Below, piece by piece: positions 7,170 through 16,103 of a DNA stretch of 25,217 nucleotides. The notes beneath the pieces were generated by a model. The model was not told the origin of the DNA. It saw only the letters and a list, made by a program, of their open reading frames with translations, and did not search any database. This DNA comes from a bacterium (GTDB taxonomy: Bacteria > Desulfobacterota > DSWW01), in assembly GCA_040756235.1 (NCBI GenBank), contig JBFLZG010000134.1, positions 65,519-90,735 of the forward strand. Reading direction: 5' to 3'. Both the position numbers and the translations under genes were made by a program. Within the stretch, counting starts at the first letter, position 1. Every line of letters begins with the position of its first letter.

Positions 7170-8687
7170 ATGATGAGACGCAGCGCAGCAGGTCTGGCAA
7201 TCGGTGTTCTCGCGGTCGCCGCGGCCGGCGCCCTGGCCCTGGCCGGGGTGACCGGCGGCGGGAAATCGGACCACGGCCTCGAGGTCAGGCCCGACGTGGT
7301 CCGAATCGACACGCTGTCGGCTTTCGGCGATCTCGAGAGGCCCCCTGTCGCTTATCCGCACGACTTGCACACGGAGGCTCTCCAGGGCGAGGAGGCGGCC
7401 TGCATTACGTGCCATCCGCTGGATCAAGGCCGCATCGATTACTCCCGCTTCGGTCTCCTCGAGGCCGTCGACAAGGAGACCGCCACGGAGGCCTACCACG
7501 AGACCTGCATCCGGTGCCACAGGGAAAAGGCCGGTGCAGGCCTGGAAAGCGGCCCGGTGACCTGCGGCGAGTGCCACGAGAAGCGCCCCTCGCTCCTCTC
7601 TTCCATGCGCCCCATGCCCTTTGACCTTTCCCTCCACCGGACGCACACGGAAGCCGTGGAAGGGGGGTGCGGCACCTGCCATCACAGCTACGACGAGGCG
7701 AAGCAAGCCCTGGTCTATGTGAAGGGCGAGGAAACCTCGTGCCGCGACTGCCACCGGGCGAAAGAAGAAGAGAACCGTGAATCCCTGAGCGCGGTCTCCC
7801 ACCAGGGGTGCCTCGGGTGCCACCAGAGCCTCGGCGTCCCGCCGACCGACTGTCAGGGGTGCCATGGCCCCGGCGGCGAGAAGGCGGCGGAGGAGCCCGA
7901 GGGGACGTTCCGGCTCGAGCGGGGGCAGCCGGATGCCGTCCTGCTCTCGGCTTCCCTGCGGGAAGGCCCGGCCGGCGAGATGAATACCGTTCCCTTCGAC
8001 CACAAGGGACACGAGCAGGCGGCCGCGACCTGCCGGAACTGTCACCATGAGACATGGAAGCCGTGCCGGGACTGCCACGAGCTGAGAGGCGGCGCAAAGG
8101 GCAGGGGCGTGACGCTCGAGAGGGCCATGCACGAGGTCGATTCCGGCCGCAGCTGCGTAGGGTGCCACGAGGAAGAGAAGTCCGCCGGCGAGTGCGCCGG
8201 CTGTCACGCGTCCATGGAGAAGGGGCTGCTGAGCGACGCCGCCTGCAAAGGATGCCACAGGGGTCCGTCTCCGGACCGGACCGGGTCCGGGGAGCCGGTC
8301 CTGTCGCGCCGTCCGCAAGCGCCGGCCGACGCGTTCCGGCCCGAGGATATCCCGGACGAGATCCGCATCGACGTCCTCTCGGACGAGTACGAACCGGCGC
8401 ATTTCCCGCACCGGCAGGTGGTGGCCACGCTGGTCGATTCCATGAAGGGGAACGGGCTCGCCGCTCATTTCCACTCCCCACAAGTGATGTGCCAGGGATG
8501 CCACCATCACGGGCCGGACGACGGCAGCATCCCGCGGTGCGGGAGCTGCCACGGGAAACCTTTCAGCCAGCTCAACCTCTTCATGCCCGGGCTGCTCGGC
8601 GCCTATCACCGCCAGTGCATCGGATGCCACGAGCAGATGCAGGTCGAGAACGTTTCCGATTGCACGAGCTGTCATGAAGGCAAATGA
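7170..8687 (+). CDS. hmcA: HmcA high-molecular-mass 16-haem cytochrome c, ~505 aa
   Basis: Sixteen CxxCH motifs counted in cytochrome c3-like domains; N-terminal signal peptide; RLERGQPD motif. Start at ATG 7170 (GTG 7161 possible), not 6813. Confidence 0.92.
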   Translation: MMRRSAAGLAIGVLAVAAAGALALAGVTGGGKSDHGLEVRPDVVRIDTLSAFGDLERPPVAYPHDLHTEALQGEEAACITCHPLDQGRIDYSRFGLLEAVDKETATEAYHETCIRCHREKAGAGLESGPVTCGECHEKRPSLLSSMRPMPFDLSLHRTHTEAVEGGCGTCHHSYDEAKQALVYVKGEETSCRDCHRAKEEENRESLSAVSHQGCLGCHQSLGVPPTDCQGCHGPGGEKAAEEPEGTFRLERGQPDAVLLSASLREGPAGEMNTVPFDHKGHEQAAATCRNCHHETWKPCRDCHELRGGAKGRGVTLERAMHEVDSGRSCVGCHEEEKSAGECAGCHASMEKGLLSDAACKGCHRGPSPDRTGSGEPVLSRRPQAPADAFRPEDIPDEIRIDVLSDEYEPAHFPHRQVVATLVDSMKGNGLAAHFHSPQVMCQGCHHHGPDDGSIPRCGSCHGKPFSQLNLFMPGLLGAYHRQCIGCHEQMQVENVSDCTSCHEGK

Positions 8688-8738
8688 AGAAGAATTCGTC
8701 GCTGGGCGGTTCCTCCCAGAGCTTCGGAGGTGGCTATA

Positions 8739-9806
8739 ATGAGCGTATCTCGTAGAAAGTTCCTGCAGTGGATGGGGGCCGCGGGAGCGGGGGCCGGCAT
8801 CGCCGGCAAGGCATCTGCCCACGAACAGCTCGCCGGCTACCCGGACAGCTACGCCGTGCTGTTCGACTCCACCCTGTGCGTCGGCTGCCGATCGTGCGAG
8901 GCGGCCTGCAACCGGGTGAACGGGCTCCCCGGGCCGGACCGGCCGTTCACGGATCGCTCCGTGCTCGACCAGAAACGGCGGCCCGACGAGAAAGCTCTGA
9001 CGGTCGTCAACAAGTACGAGGTGCGGGTCCCCAAGGCGGGCGGCGGAGAAGAGACCCGGAGCGTGTTCCGGAAGGTCCAGTGCCAGCACTGCAGGGAGCC
9101 GGCTTGCGCATCCGCCTGCTTCGTGCGGGCGTTCCGGAAGACCCCGGAGGGGCCGGTCGTCTATGATCCGTCGGTGTGCGTGGGGTGCAGGTACTGCATG
9201 GTGGCCTGCCCGTTCGGGGTCCCCGCCTATGAGTACCACAAGGCGCTGGAGCCCCAGGTCGTGAAATGCACGATGTGCTATCCGCGCATCACCAAGGGAC
9301 TTCTGCCCGGGTGCGTCGAGGCATGCCCCATGGAGGCCCTCACCTTCGCCAAGCGCGCGGACGTGATCCGGATCGCGCGGGAACGGATCCGCAAGTATCC
9401 GGACCGTTACGTGGACCATATCTACGGCGAAAATGAGGTGGGCGGCACGAACTGGCTCTATCTCGCCGGGGTGCCGTTCCATCAGCTCGATCTCCGGGAA
9501 GACTACCAGATCCGTCCGGCCCCGGAGTTCACGGCCGGTGCCCTGGGCGGCGTTCCGATCGTGGTGGGCCTCTGGCCGGTCCTGCTGACCGGACTGTACG
9601 CCATGAGCCAGAGAAAGGAAAAAGTGGCGCAGGCGGAGAAGGCATCCGCAGTGGCCCAAGCGATTGCGACCACCCGGGCCGATGCGGAGGAGAAGGCGAA
9701 GGCCACAGCGAAGAAGGCCGAGGACGAGAAGAAGAAGGCCGTGGAAAAAGCGGTGAAGAAGGCCCTCGAAGACGCCGAAAAACAGAAAGCCAAGGAGGGT
9801 GCCTGA
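8739..9806 (+). CDS. hmcB: HmcB periplasmic Fe-S subunit (Tat signal, C-terminal TM helix and Lys/Ala-rich tail), 355 aa
   Basis: SRRKFL twin-arginine motif; [53 protein letters not shown] helix then [13 protein letters not shown] tail; RBS GGAGG. Confidence 0.9.
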   Translation: MSVSRRKFLQWMGAAGAGAGIAGKASAHEQLAGYPDSYAVLFDSTLCVGCRSCEAACNRVNGLPGPDRPFTDRSVLDQKRRPDEKALTVVNKYEVRVPKAGGGEETRSVFRKVQCQHCREPACASACFVRAFRKTPEGPVVYDPSVCVGCRYCMVACPFGVPAYEYHKALEPQVVKCTMCYPRITKGLLPGCVEACPMEALTFAKRADVIRIARERIRKYPDRYVDHIYGENEVGGTNWLYLAGVPFHQLDLREDYQIRPAPEFTAGALGGVPIVVGLWPVLLTGLYAMSQRKEKVAQAEKASAVAQAIATTRADAEEKAKATAKKAEDEKKKAVEKAVKKALEDAEKQKAKEGA

Positions 9807-10993
9807 TGTCGAACCCGAACCACGCGGCCTCGGAACAGGGGGCCGGAGCGCGCCTCATCACCCCTTTCCATGTCGTCGCAGGAATCATCGTGGCGATCGG
9901 CCTCTACATCACCTACCGGAGGTTCACCGGCGGGCTGGGCGCCGTGACCCATCTGGACAACAACAACCCATGGGGGCTCTGGATCGGTTTCGACCTCCTG
10001 TGCGGAGTGGCCCTCGCTGCGGGCGGCTACGTGACGGCCGCCGCCGTCTACCTGTTCGGAAGCAGGAAATATCACGGTGCGGTCCGGCCTGCCGTGCTGA
10101 CCGCCTTTCTCGGCTATTCCCTGGTCGTCCTGGCGCTGCTCTACGACGTGGGCCGTCCATGGCGCCTCCACTACCCCTTTGCGGTGCAGCCGGGCACGAG
10201 CTCGGTTCTGTTCGAGGTCGGCCTCTGCGTCATGGTCTACCTGTTTGTCCTCTTTCTGGAGTTCACCCCGATTCCGCTCGAGTGGCTGGGCATGAGAAAG
10301 ATCCGCAACGTGATGGTGAAGCTCACGATCGGCCTGACCATCATCGGGGTCGTGCTGTCCACCATGCATCAGTCCTCGCTGGGGGCGCTCTATCTGCTGG
10401 TGCCCTACAAGCTGCATCCGCTCTGGTACTCCAGCTACCTGCCGATCTTCTTCTTCATCTCCAGCATCGTCGCCGGGCTGTCCATGGTCATTTTCGAGAG
10501 CACCCTGTCGCACCGGGCCTTCGCCGGCCAACTCGGCGAGAGGGCGCACGAGGAGCACGACGAGCTGGTCCTGGGGTTCGGGAAGGCCGCCTCCCTGGTT
10601 CTCTTCGGCTACTTCGGCATCAAATGGATCGGGGTCTCGGCCGGGAACCACTGGAATCTGCTGCTGACACCTTACGGCCTCTGGTTCCTCCTGGAGATGC
10701 TGGGCTTCGTCCTTCTTCCCTGTTTCCTGTATGCTTTCGGGTACCGGGAGAGGGACGTCAGGGTGATCCAGGCGGCCGCGGTGATCTCCATTCTCGGGGT
10801 CGTGCTCAACCGGTTCAACGTCTCCCTGGTGGCCTTCAACTGGCACTTGCCGCTGAGCCAGCGATATTTCCCGAGCTGGATGGAGATCCTGCTCTCCGTT
10901 TTCGTCGTGACCGTCGGGCTGATCGCCTTCCGTTTCATCGTGAGCCGGATGCCGGTCCTGCGCGAGCACCCCGACTTCCAGGAGACCCACTGA
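9806..10993 (+). CDS. hmcC: HmcC NrfD/HybB-family integral membrane subunit, 395 aa
   Basis: PWGLWIGFD, DVGRPWR, S.LFEV, LSTMHQSSLG, LHPLW, LNRFNV, YFPSW motifs; start overlaps the hmcB stop. Confidence 0.9.
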   Translation: MSNPNHAASEQGAGARLITPFHVVAGIIVAIGLYITYRRFTGGLGAVTHLDNNNPWGLWIGFDLLCGVALAAGGYVTAAAVYLFGSRKYHGAVRPAVLTAFLGYSLVVLALLYDVGRPWRLHYPFAVQPGTSSVLFEVGLCVMVYLFVLFLEFTPIPLEWLGMRKIRNVMVKLTIGLTIIGVVLSTMHQSSLGALYLLVPYKLHPLWYSSYLPIFFFISSIVAGLSMVIFESTLSHRAFAGQLGERAHEEHDELVLGFGKAASLVLFGYFGIKWIGVSAGNHWNLLLTPYGLWFLLEMLGFVLLPCFLYAFGYRERDVRVIQAAAVISILGVVLNRFNVSLVAFNWHLPLSQRYFPSWMEILLSVFVVTVGLIAFRFIVSRMPVLREHPDFQETH

Positions 10994-11067
10994 TCGGGCG
11001 GAGGGCCGGCATCGCAGAACCCGGGGGGCCGCCCGCAGCGCCAGGCGCCCGGCAAGAGGGAGAAGAG

Positions 11068-11223
11068 ATGATATTCGATCAGATCCACACCTTGCAGGAA
11101 TACATGACCAGCACGAAGGCGGTCTCCTATCTGATCGCTCTTCTGTATCTCATCGCGTTCCCGATCTTCTGGAGGTTTCTGGTGGCCAGGGAGAAGGGGC
11201 AGAGTCAAAGCCCTCCCGCGTGA
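11068..11223 (+). CDS. hmcD: HmcD small membrane subunit, 51 aa
   Basis: MIFDQIHTLQEYMTSTKAVSYLIALLYLIAFPIFWRFL: HmcD-like H-T-x-Q-E..TK..Y followed by a single TM helix and FWRFL; lies after hmcC and is hidden at the end of the 9799..11223 ORF. Confidence 0.75.
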   Translation: MIFDQIHTLQEYMTSTKAVSYLIALLYLIAFPIFWRFLVAREKGQSQSPPA

Positions 11224-11300
11224 GGGCTTCACGTGGGATCTGGGTGCGGGAAGATCCTCTTCTCGAAGGCGGATCCTTCCCGCGGTCGCCCTGAGGGGAA

Positions 11301-12440
11301 ATGAAGTCACAGGTCCAAAAGCAATACAGGCTCCTGTTCGATCACGTCCCCTGCTACGTCACCGTGGTCGACAGGAACTTCCGGGTGCTGGACGCCAACG
11401 CGCTGTTCCGCAGCACCTTCTTTCGAAAAGGTGCCAGCACCTGCTACGAGATGTACAAGGGCAGTCACAGGGCATGCACCAGGTGCCCTGCGGTCAAGGT
11501 CTTCCGCTCCAACCGGCCGTTCACGTCGCTGCAGACCGGCAGAGACAAGGAAGGGAAGCGGACCCACTACATGGTGACGGCCGCTCCTCTGAAGACCCGG
11601 AGCGGCGTGGTGGAGAGCGTGATCGAGATGTCGCAGGACGTCTCCGAGCTCATGCTCCTCCGGGAACGGCTGAAGAGGGTGGAGCGGGAGAAGCTCGAAG
11701 CGGAGCGCTATGCCGCCGTCGGGCAGACGGTGGCCGGCCTCGCGCACGGGATCCGGAACATCCTGATGGGGTTCGAGGGAGGTCTGTACGTGGTCCGTTC
11801 CGGGCTGGAGAGGGGGGACCCCGAGCTCATGGCGAGCGGGTGGGAGATGCTCCGCAACAACACCCGGAAAATGGAAGCGGTCGTCGGCGAGTACCTCAAG
11901 TTCGCCCGCGGGTCCGAGATCGCGGTCTCGAAGACGAGCCCGGCCGGGATCGCACGGGACGTGCTCGGGTTCTACCGCGATCTGGCGGGCGCGGCGGGGG
12001 CACGGCTCGTGGCGGACATCGAGGACGCGGTTCGCGACGCGCCCCTGGACCCGGAGGGGATCCGTACGTGTCTGTCCCACCTCGTCTCGAATGCGATCGA
12101 CGCGTGCAGGCTGAGCGACCGGAAGAGAAAGAAGATCGTGCTGTCCTGCCGGGAGGCGCGCGGCGTGATCGTCTACGCGGTCGAGGACAACGGCGCCGGC
12201 ATGGATTACGAGGTCAGGAAGAAGGTGTTCATCAGCTGCTGCACCACCAAGACCTCGGACCTGGGCACCGGTCTGGGGCTTCTCGTGACGAAAAGGATCG
12301 TCCACGAGCACGGCGGGGCGATCGAGTTCGAATCGGTTCCGGGGAAGGGCTCTCGCTTCACGATCCTGCTCCCCAGAGATCGTCTGCCCGGGCTGCAGGG
12401 GGACGGGACGCACGCAAGAGTGGGAAGGGAGAAGTCATGA
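11301..12440 (+). CDS. Cytoplasmic PAS sensor histidine kinase, 379 aa
   Basis: PAS with C-x10-CxxC, H-box LAHGIRN, N-box LVSNAIDA, G1 DNGAG, G2 GTGLGL; no TM helices. Confidence 0.9.
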   Translation: MKSQVQKQYRLLFDHVPCYVTVVDRNFRVLDANALFRSTFFRKGASTCYEMYKGSHRACTRCPAVKVFRSNRPFTSLQTGRDKEGKRTHYMVTAAPLKTRSGVVESVIEMSQDVSELMLLRERLKRVEREKLEAERYAAVGQTVAGLAHGIRNILMGFEGGLYVVRSGLERGDPELMASGWEMLRNNTRKMEAVVGEYLKFARGSEIAVSKTSPAGIARDVLGFYRDLAGAAGARLVADIEDAVRDAPLDPEGIRTCLSHLVSNAIDACRLSDRKRKKIVLSCREARGVIVYAVEDNGAGMDYEVRKKVFISCCTTKTSDLGTGLGLLVTKRIVHEHGGAIEFESVPGKGSRFTILLPRDRLPGLQGDGTHARVGREKS

Positions 12441-12958
12441 TGGCCGAAAAGAATGGCAAGACGGTTCTGGTGGTCGATGACGAGCCGGATGTGCGGTTGT
12501 TCCTGAGGACCGTGCTGGAGGATGCGGGCTTCGACGTCATGCTTGCGGCCAACGGGAAAGAGGCCCTGGAGAGGGTGACGGAGAAGAAGCCGGACGTGAT
12601 TTCTCTCGATCTCGTCATGCCGAAGATGTCCGGGCTGAAGTTCTACAAGTACATTCAGAAGAACCCGGACCGGGCGGACATCCCCGTGGTGGTCATCACC
12701 GCCCACGCCCGGGACGAATTCGGCAAAGGCGATCTCGCGAAGATCGAGGCCGTAAGGCCGCAGGCGGGCCGTATGCGGGTCCTCGAAAAGCCCGTGCAGC
12801 CTGAAGCCTATGCCAACGCCATACGCGAGGCCGCCGGCCTGGAAGCGCTGGAGGCGGAAGGGAACCGGGAGCTCAAGGACCGGGTCGCCGAAGGGATCCG
12901 CAAGGCGGACAAGGGCACCCTGGAACAGGTGCTGCGCATCCTTGGCCGGCAGTCTTGA
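12437..12958 (+). CDS. Response regulator (receiver plus short helical tail), ~173 aa
   Basis: VLVVDDE, LDLVMP phospho-Asp, VITAH, LEKP; ATGA overlap with the kinase stop codon. Confidence 0.9.
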   Translation: MMAEKNGKTVLVVDDEPDVRLFLRTVLEDAGFDVMLAANGKEALERVTEKKPDVISLDLVMPKMSGLKFYKYIQKNPDRADIPVVVITAHARDEFGKGDLAKIEAVRPQAGRMRVLEKPVQPEAYANAIREAAGLEALEAEGNRELKDRVAEGIRKADKGTLEQVLRILGRQS

Positions 12959-12984
12959 GCCCGGGAGAGAGGGTGAGGCGCCAC

Positions 12985-14490
12985 ATGACGGAATCAACCC
13001 TTCAAGCATGGCTGCAGGCTCAGCTCTTCGAGCTGGTCCCATGCAATATCGCCGTCATCGACAGGAACTACAACATTGTCATGCACAACCGAAACTTCGA
13101 AGGTCTTTTCGGCCCGAGCCGGGGGCGGCCGTGCTACGCGGCCTACAAGAAGCAGGAGCGCAGGTGCGAGACGTGCATGGCCGCCCAGACCTTCGCCGAC
13201 GGCAAGGTCCGGGTCAACGACGAAGTCGGCGTGGACAAGCAGGGCCGCACCGCTTACTACCTGGTGCACATCGTGCCGATCGCAGATGCGGACGGGCAGA
13301 TCCCGTACATCATCGAGATGTCGACGGACATCACGGAGGTGAAGAGGCTCCAGCGCGAATATCAGATCCTGTTCGAGAGGGTGCCCTGCTTCGTGGTCGT
13401 GCTGAATCGGGAATTCCGCGTCGTGCGGGCCAACCAGCACACCAAGAGCACGTTCGGGGCTACCACCGGTCAGTACTGCTGGGAGGTCTTCAAGAGAAGG
13501 ACGGAGAAGTGCGAGGACTGCCCTGCCGAGCTCACCTTTCGTGACGGCCAGAGCCACACTTGCGAGCAGGAGGGGGTGAGCAAGCGGGGCGAGAGCACCC
13601 ACTACGTGGTGACGACGTCTCCGCTCCTCAGGCGGGATTCGACCACGCACGTCGTCGAAATGGCCGTGGACGTGACCCGGGTTCACCAGCTCGAGCAGGA
13701 AAAGCTGGAAGCGGAACGTCTGGCCGCGGTCGGACAGACCGTCGCAGGTCTGGCTCACGGCATCAAGAACATCCTGACAGGGCTGGAGGGCGGGGTCTAC
13801 GTGTTCAAGAGCGGTCTGGACCGGAACGACCGCGTGCGGCTCGATCAGGGCTGGCAGATGCTCGACCGCAACATCGAGAAGATCTCGACCCTGGCCAAGA
13901 ACCTGCTGAGCTTCTCCAAGGGCCGGGTGCCGGAGGTCCGCATGGTCGACCCCGGGGAATTGGTGCAGGAGGTGGTGGATCTTTACAGGGATGCGGCCCT
14001 GCAGCAGGAGATCGTCGTGGCCGCCGACATCCGCGGGCCCCTGTCGCCGGCGCCGTTCGATCCCGAGGCGATCCACACCTGCCTGGCCAATCTCGTCTCC
14101 AACGCGATGGACGCCTGCCAGATGAGCGAGAAGCCGAACTGCCGGGTGACGGTGCGATGCCTGGAAGAGGAGGATTCGATTCTGTTCGAGGTGGAGGATG
14201 AGGGCTGCGGTCTGGACTATGACCTGAAGCAGAAGGTTTTCACCAACTTCTTCACGACCAAGGGCGACGGCGGCACGGGCCTCGGGCTGCTCCTCACCCG
14301 CAAGATCACTCAGGAGCACGGCGGAAGAATCACGATGGAGTCGGCCCCGGGCCGGGGGTCCACGTTCCGGCTGTTGTTCCCCAGGAACCGCCTCCCGAAG
14401 CCTGCCGCAGATGTGGGGGCCGCCGGACCCCTGGATGCGTCCCTGCTCAGGGACGGGGGGATGGGGAAGGAACAGGGCCGACATTCTTGA
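12985..14490 (+). CDS. Cytoplasmic double-PAS sensor histidine kinase, ~501 aa
   Basis: Two PAS domains each with C-x10-CxxC; LAHGIKN, LVSNAMDA, DEGCG, FFTTK, GTGLGL. Confidence 0.92.
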   Translation: MTESTLQAWLQAQLFELVPCNIAVIDRNYNIVMHNRNFEGLFGPSRGRPCYAAYKKQERRCETCMAAQTFADGKVRVNDEVGVDKQGRTAYYLVHIVPIADADGQIPYIIEMSTDITEVKRLQREYQILFERVPCFVVVLNREFRVVRANQHTKSTFGATTGQYCWEVFKRRTEKCEDCPAELTFRDGQSHTCEQEGVSKRGESTHYVVTTSPLLRRDSTTHVVEMAVDVTRVHQLEQEKLEAERLAAVGQTVAGLAHGIKNILTGLEGGVYVFKSGLDRNDRVRLDQGWQMLDRNIEKISTLAKNLLSFSKGRVPEVRMVDPGELVQEVVDLYRDAALQQEIVVAADIRGPLSPAPFDPEAIHTCLANLVSNAMDACQMSEKPNCRVTVRCLEEEDSILFEVEDEGCGLDYDLKQKVFTNFFTTKGDGGTGLGLLLTRKITQEHGGRITMESAPGRGSTFRLLFPRNRLPKPAADVGAAGPLDASLLRDGGMGKEQGRHS

Positions 14491-14544
14491 GACTCTGTGG
14501 AGCACGTGCAGGCTTGCGGGCCGGCCGAGCGGAAGGAGGAGCAA

Positions 14545-14970
14545 ATGGAAGGGAAAATCAACAAGAAAGTCCTCGTGGTCGAAGACGATGAAGATGTGAT
14601 CCTGTATCTTTCGACGTGGCTTTCCGACCAGGGCTTCGACGTGGCCGTGGCCCGGGACGGAATCGAAGCGACCGAGAAGGTCAAGGCGGACCCTCCGGAC
14701 CTGATCACGCTGGACATGGTCATGCCGCAGAAGACCGGCGTCAAGTTTTACCGGGAGATCAAGAAAGACCCGCAGCACGGTCACATTCCGGTGATCATCA
14801 TCACCGGGCTGCAGCGGGAATTCGAGCGGTTCATCTCGAACCGCAGGGTGACGCCGGCGCCGGAAGGCTATATCTCCAAGCCTTTCGGGCAGGACGAGCT
14901 GATCGAGACGATCCACAAGGTCCTCGGGGTGAGCTGCAGCAAGAAGGCGCTGGTGAACGGCGGCAGGTAG
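14545..14970 (+). CDS. Single-domain response regulator, 141 aa
   Basis: VLVVEDD, LDMVMP, IITG, SKPF; strong RBS AAGGAGG before ATG 14545. Confidence 0.9.
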   Translation: MEGKINKKVLVVEDDEDVILYLSTWLSDQGFDVAVARDGIEATEKVKADPPDLITLDMVMPQKTGVKFYREIKKDPQHGHIPVIIITGLQREFERFISNRRVTPAPEGYISKPFGQDELIETIHKVLGVSCSKKALVNGGR

Positions 14971-14992
14971 TCGCCTCTGCCGCCCGTGTCTT

Positions 14993-15327
14993 GTCATCCC
15001 GGCCCGGTTGCTTGCTTTTAGGGGCGCTGCTTGCTGCGCCCGTCCCTGAGGTCCGGTAGGGGCGAATGATTATTCGCCCCTGCATGACGGGTGCGGAGAT
15101 TGGATTGCAGGCGCGAATCTCTCTGTGCCGCGGGACCCCGGGACGGGGACCGTCCGGAGATTGCGAGCGTAGCGAAGCAACCTCCAGGACTCAGGGGGTT
15201 GCTTCGGTCGCCCTGGGCTCCCTCGCAATGTCCGCAACATTTCGTGTCCTCCCTCCGCCCGCTCAATGCGCCGCTGGCCGGGGATGACGCCACGCTCTTG
15301 CAGGGGCGGGGCTTGCCCTGCCCCTGC
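14993..15327. repeat. Nested cluster of REP-like palindromes between convergent genes
   Basis: GTAG-type REPs at 15018-15041, 15056-15083 and 15300-15327; ATTGCGAG..CGAAGCAACC/GGTTGCTTCG..CTCGCAAT element at 15155-15234; outer IR GTCATCCCGGCC (14993-15004) / GGCCGGGGATGAC (15276-15288). Confidence 0.75.
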
Positions 15328-15349
15328 CGCCTCCAGTCGCGGGCGGTGT

Positions 15350-16063
15350 TCACCCAGCGGAATCCACGCGGAAGTACTCCCCCGGAGCGGGCTTCACGTA
15401 CTTGAGACCCGGACAGGGGGCGACGTACTTGACCCGAAAGGCTTCGCCCAGAATGCCGAACAGCTCCACGCAGGCGGAGCACACGAGAGGGGTCTTCTGG
15501 ATCGAGTACGGAGCCGGTCCGCGCCCGTCGCAGGGGGTCGAGAACCGCGCAAAGACGAAGTTCAGATGGTTGGCCGAGTAGTAGCAGAACAGCTCCTCGA
15601 GGGTGCGGCCGGTTCTTTCCTGCCTCGAGTAGATCTCGAGCGCCCGGATCTCCCAGGGAGTGAAAAGACCCCAGCCCTCGGGCAGCACCTGCGCGGCCCG
15701 CTCGTCTTCGAGCATCCCGATCACGTCCTCGTCCGAGGCGAGCCGCGCGGGAGAGAAGGCCTCCAGCCGGATGGTCCCCCACGGGTCGAGGTCGAGGCCC
15801 TCGAGCGGCCGGTTGGCCGCGACCAGAAAGCTTCCCTTCCGCGGCGAGGCGCGGTACCAGGACCCCTGCCGCAGGCACTGCTTGTCCCAGACCTCGGGCG
15901 CGACCGCCACGATTTCCCTGCGGCCGTAAAGCGCCTCGCAGGGCTGGTGGCGGGCGAGGTGGACGCGCCGCTTGTCCCGGAGCAGCTCGTCGATCAAGCC
16001 CCGCTGGGCCGCCGGATCGAGCCAGTAGACCCACTTTCCGTAGCGTTCGGCAGCTTCCTGCAT
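15350..16063 (-). CDS. Hypothetical Cys-rich protein, 237 aa
   Basis: ATG start, globular-protein composition, motifs QPC, KQC, VCSAC, APCPG; 40 bp downstream of the co-oriented gene. Confidence 0.7.
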   Translation of the reverse strand: MQEAAERYGKWVYWLDPAAQRGLIDELLRDKRRVHLARHQPCEALYGRREIVAVAPEVWDKQCLRQGSWYRASPRKGSFLVAANRPLEGLDLDPWGTIRLEAFSPARLASDEDVIGMLEDERAAQVLPEGWGLFTPWEIRALEIYSRQERTGRTLEELFCYYSANHLNFVFARFSTPCDGRGPAPYSIQKTPLVCSACVELFGILGEAFRVKYVAPCPGLKYVKPAPGEYFRVDSAG

Positions 16064-16103
16064 CTGGGCTCCTGTGCTCTCGCGTTGCTACCGGGACAGC
16101 ATC

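Noticed and set aside
9600..9806. Lys/Ala-rich, histone-like tail of HmcB as a novelty
   Set aside because: As I recall, a charged helical tail after the TM helix is a normal feature of HmcB proteins.
5122..10990. Long minus-strand ORFs (5122..7200, 7083..9659, 9503..10990)
   Set aside because: Antisense shadows of motif-rich plus-strand genes, expected from high-GC codon bias; no recognisable motifs.
11307..14997. Minus-strand ORFs 11307..12413 and 12994..14997, and the long N-terminal extension of ORF 11474..12958
   Set aside because: Shadow or overlapping frames of the kinases; the real receiver starts at ATG 12437.
14993..15327. CRISPR array
   Set aside because: The palindromes are non-identical and irregularly spaced, with no repeat-spacer periodicity and no cas genes.
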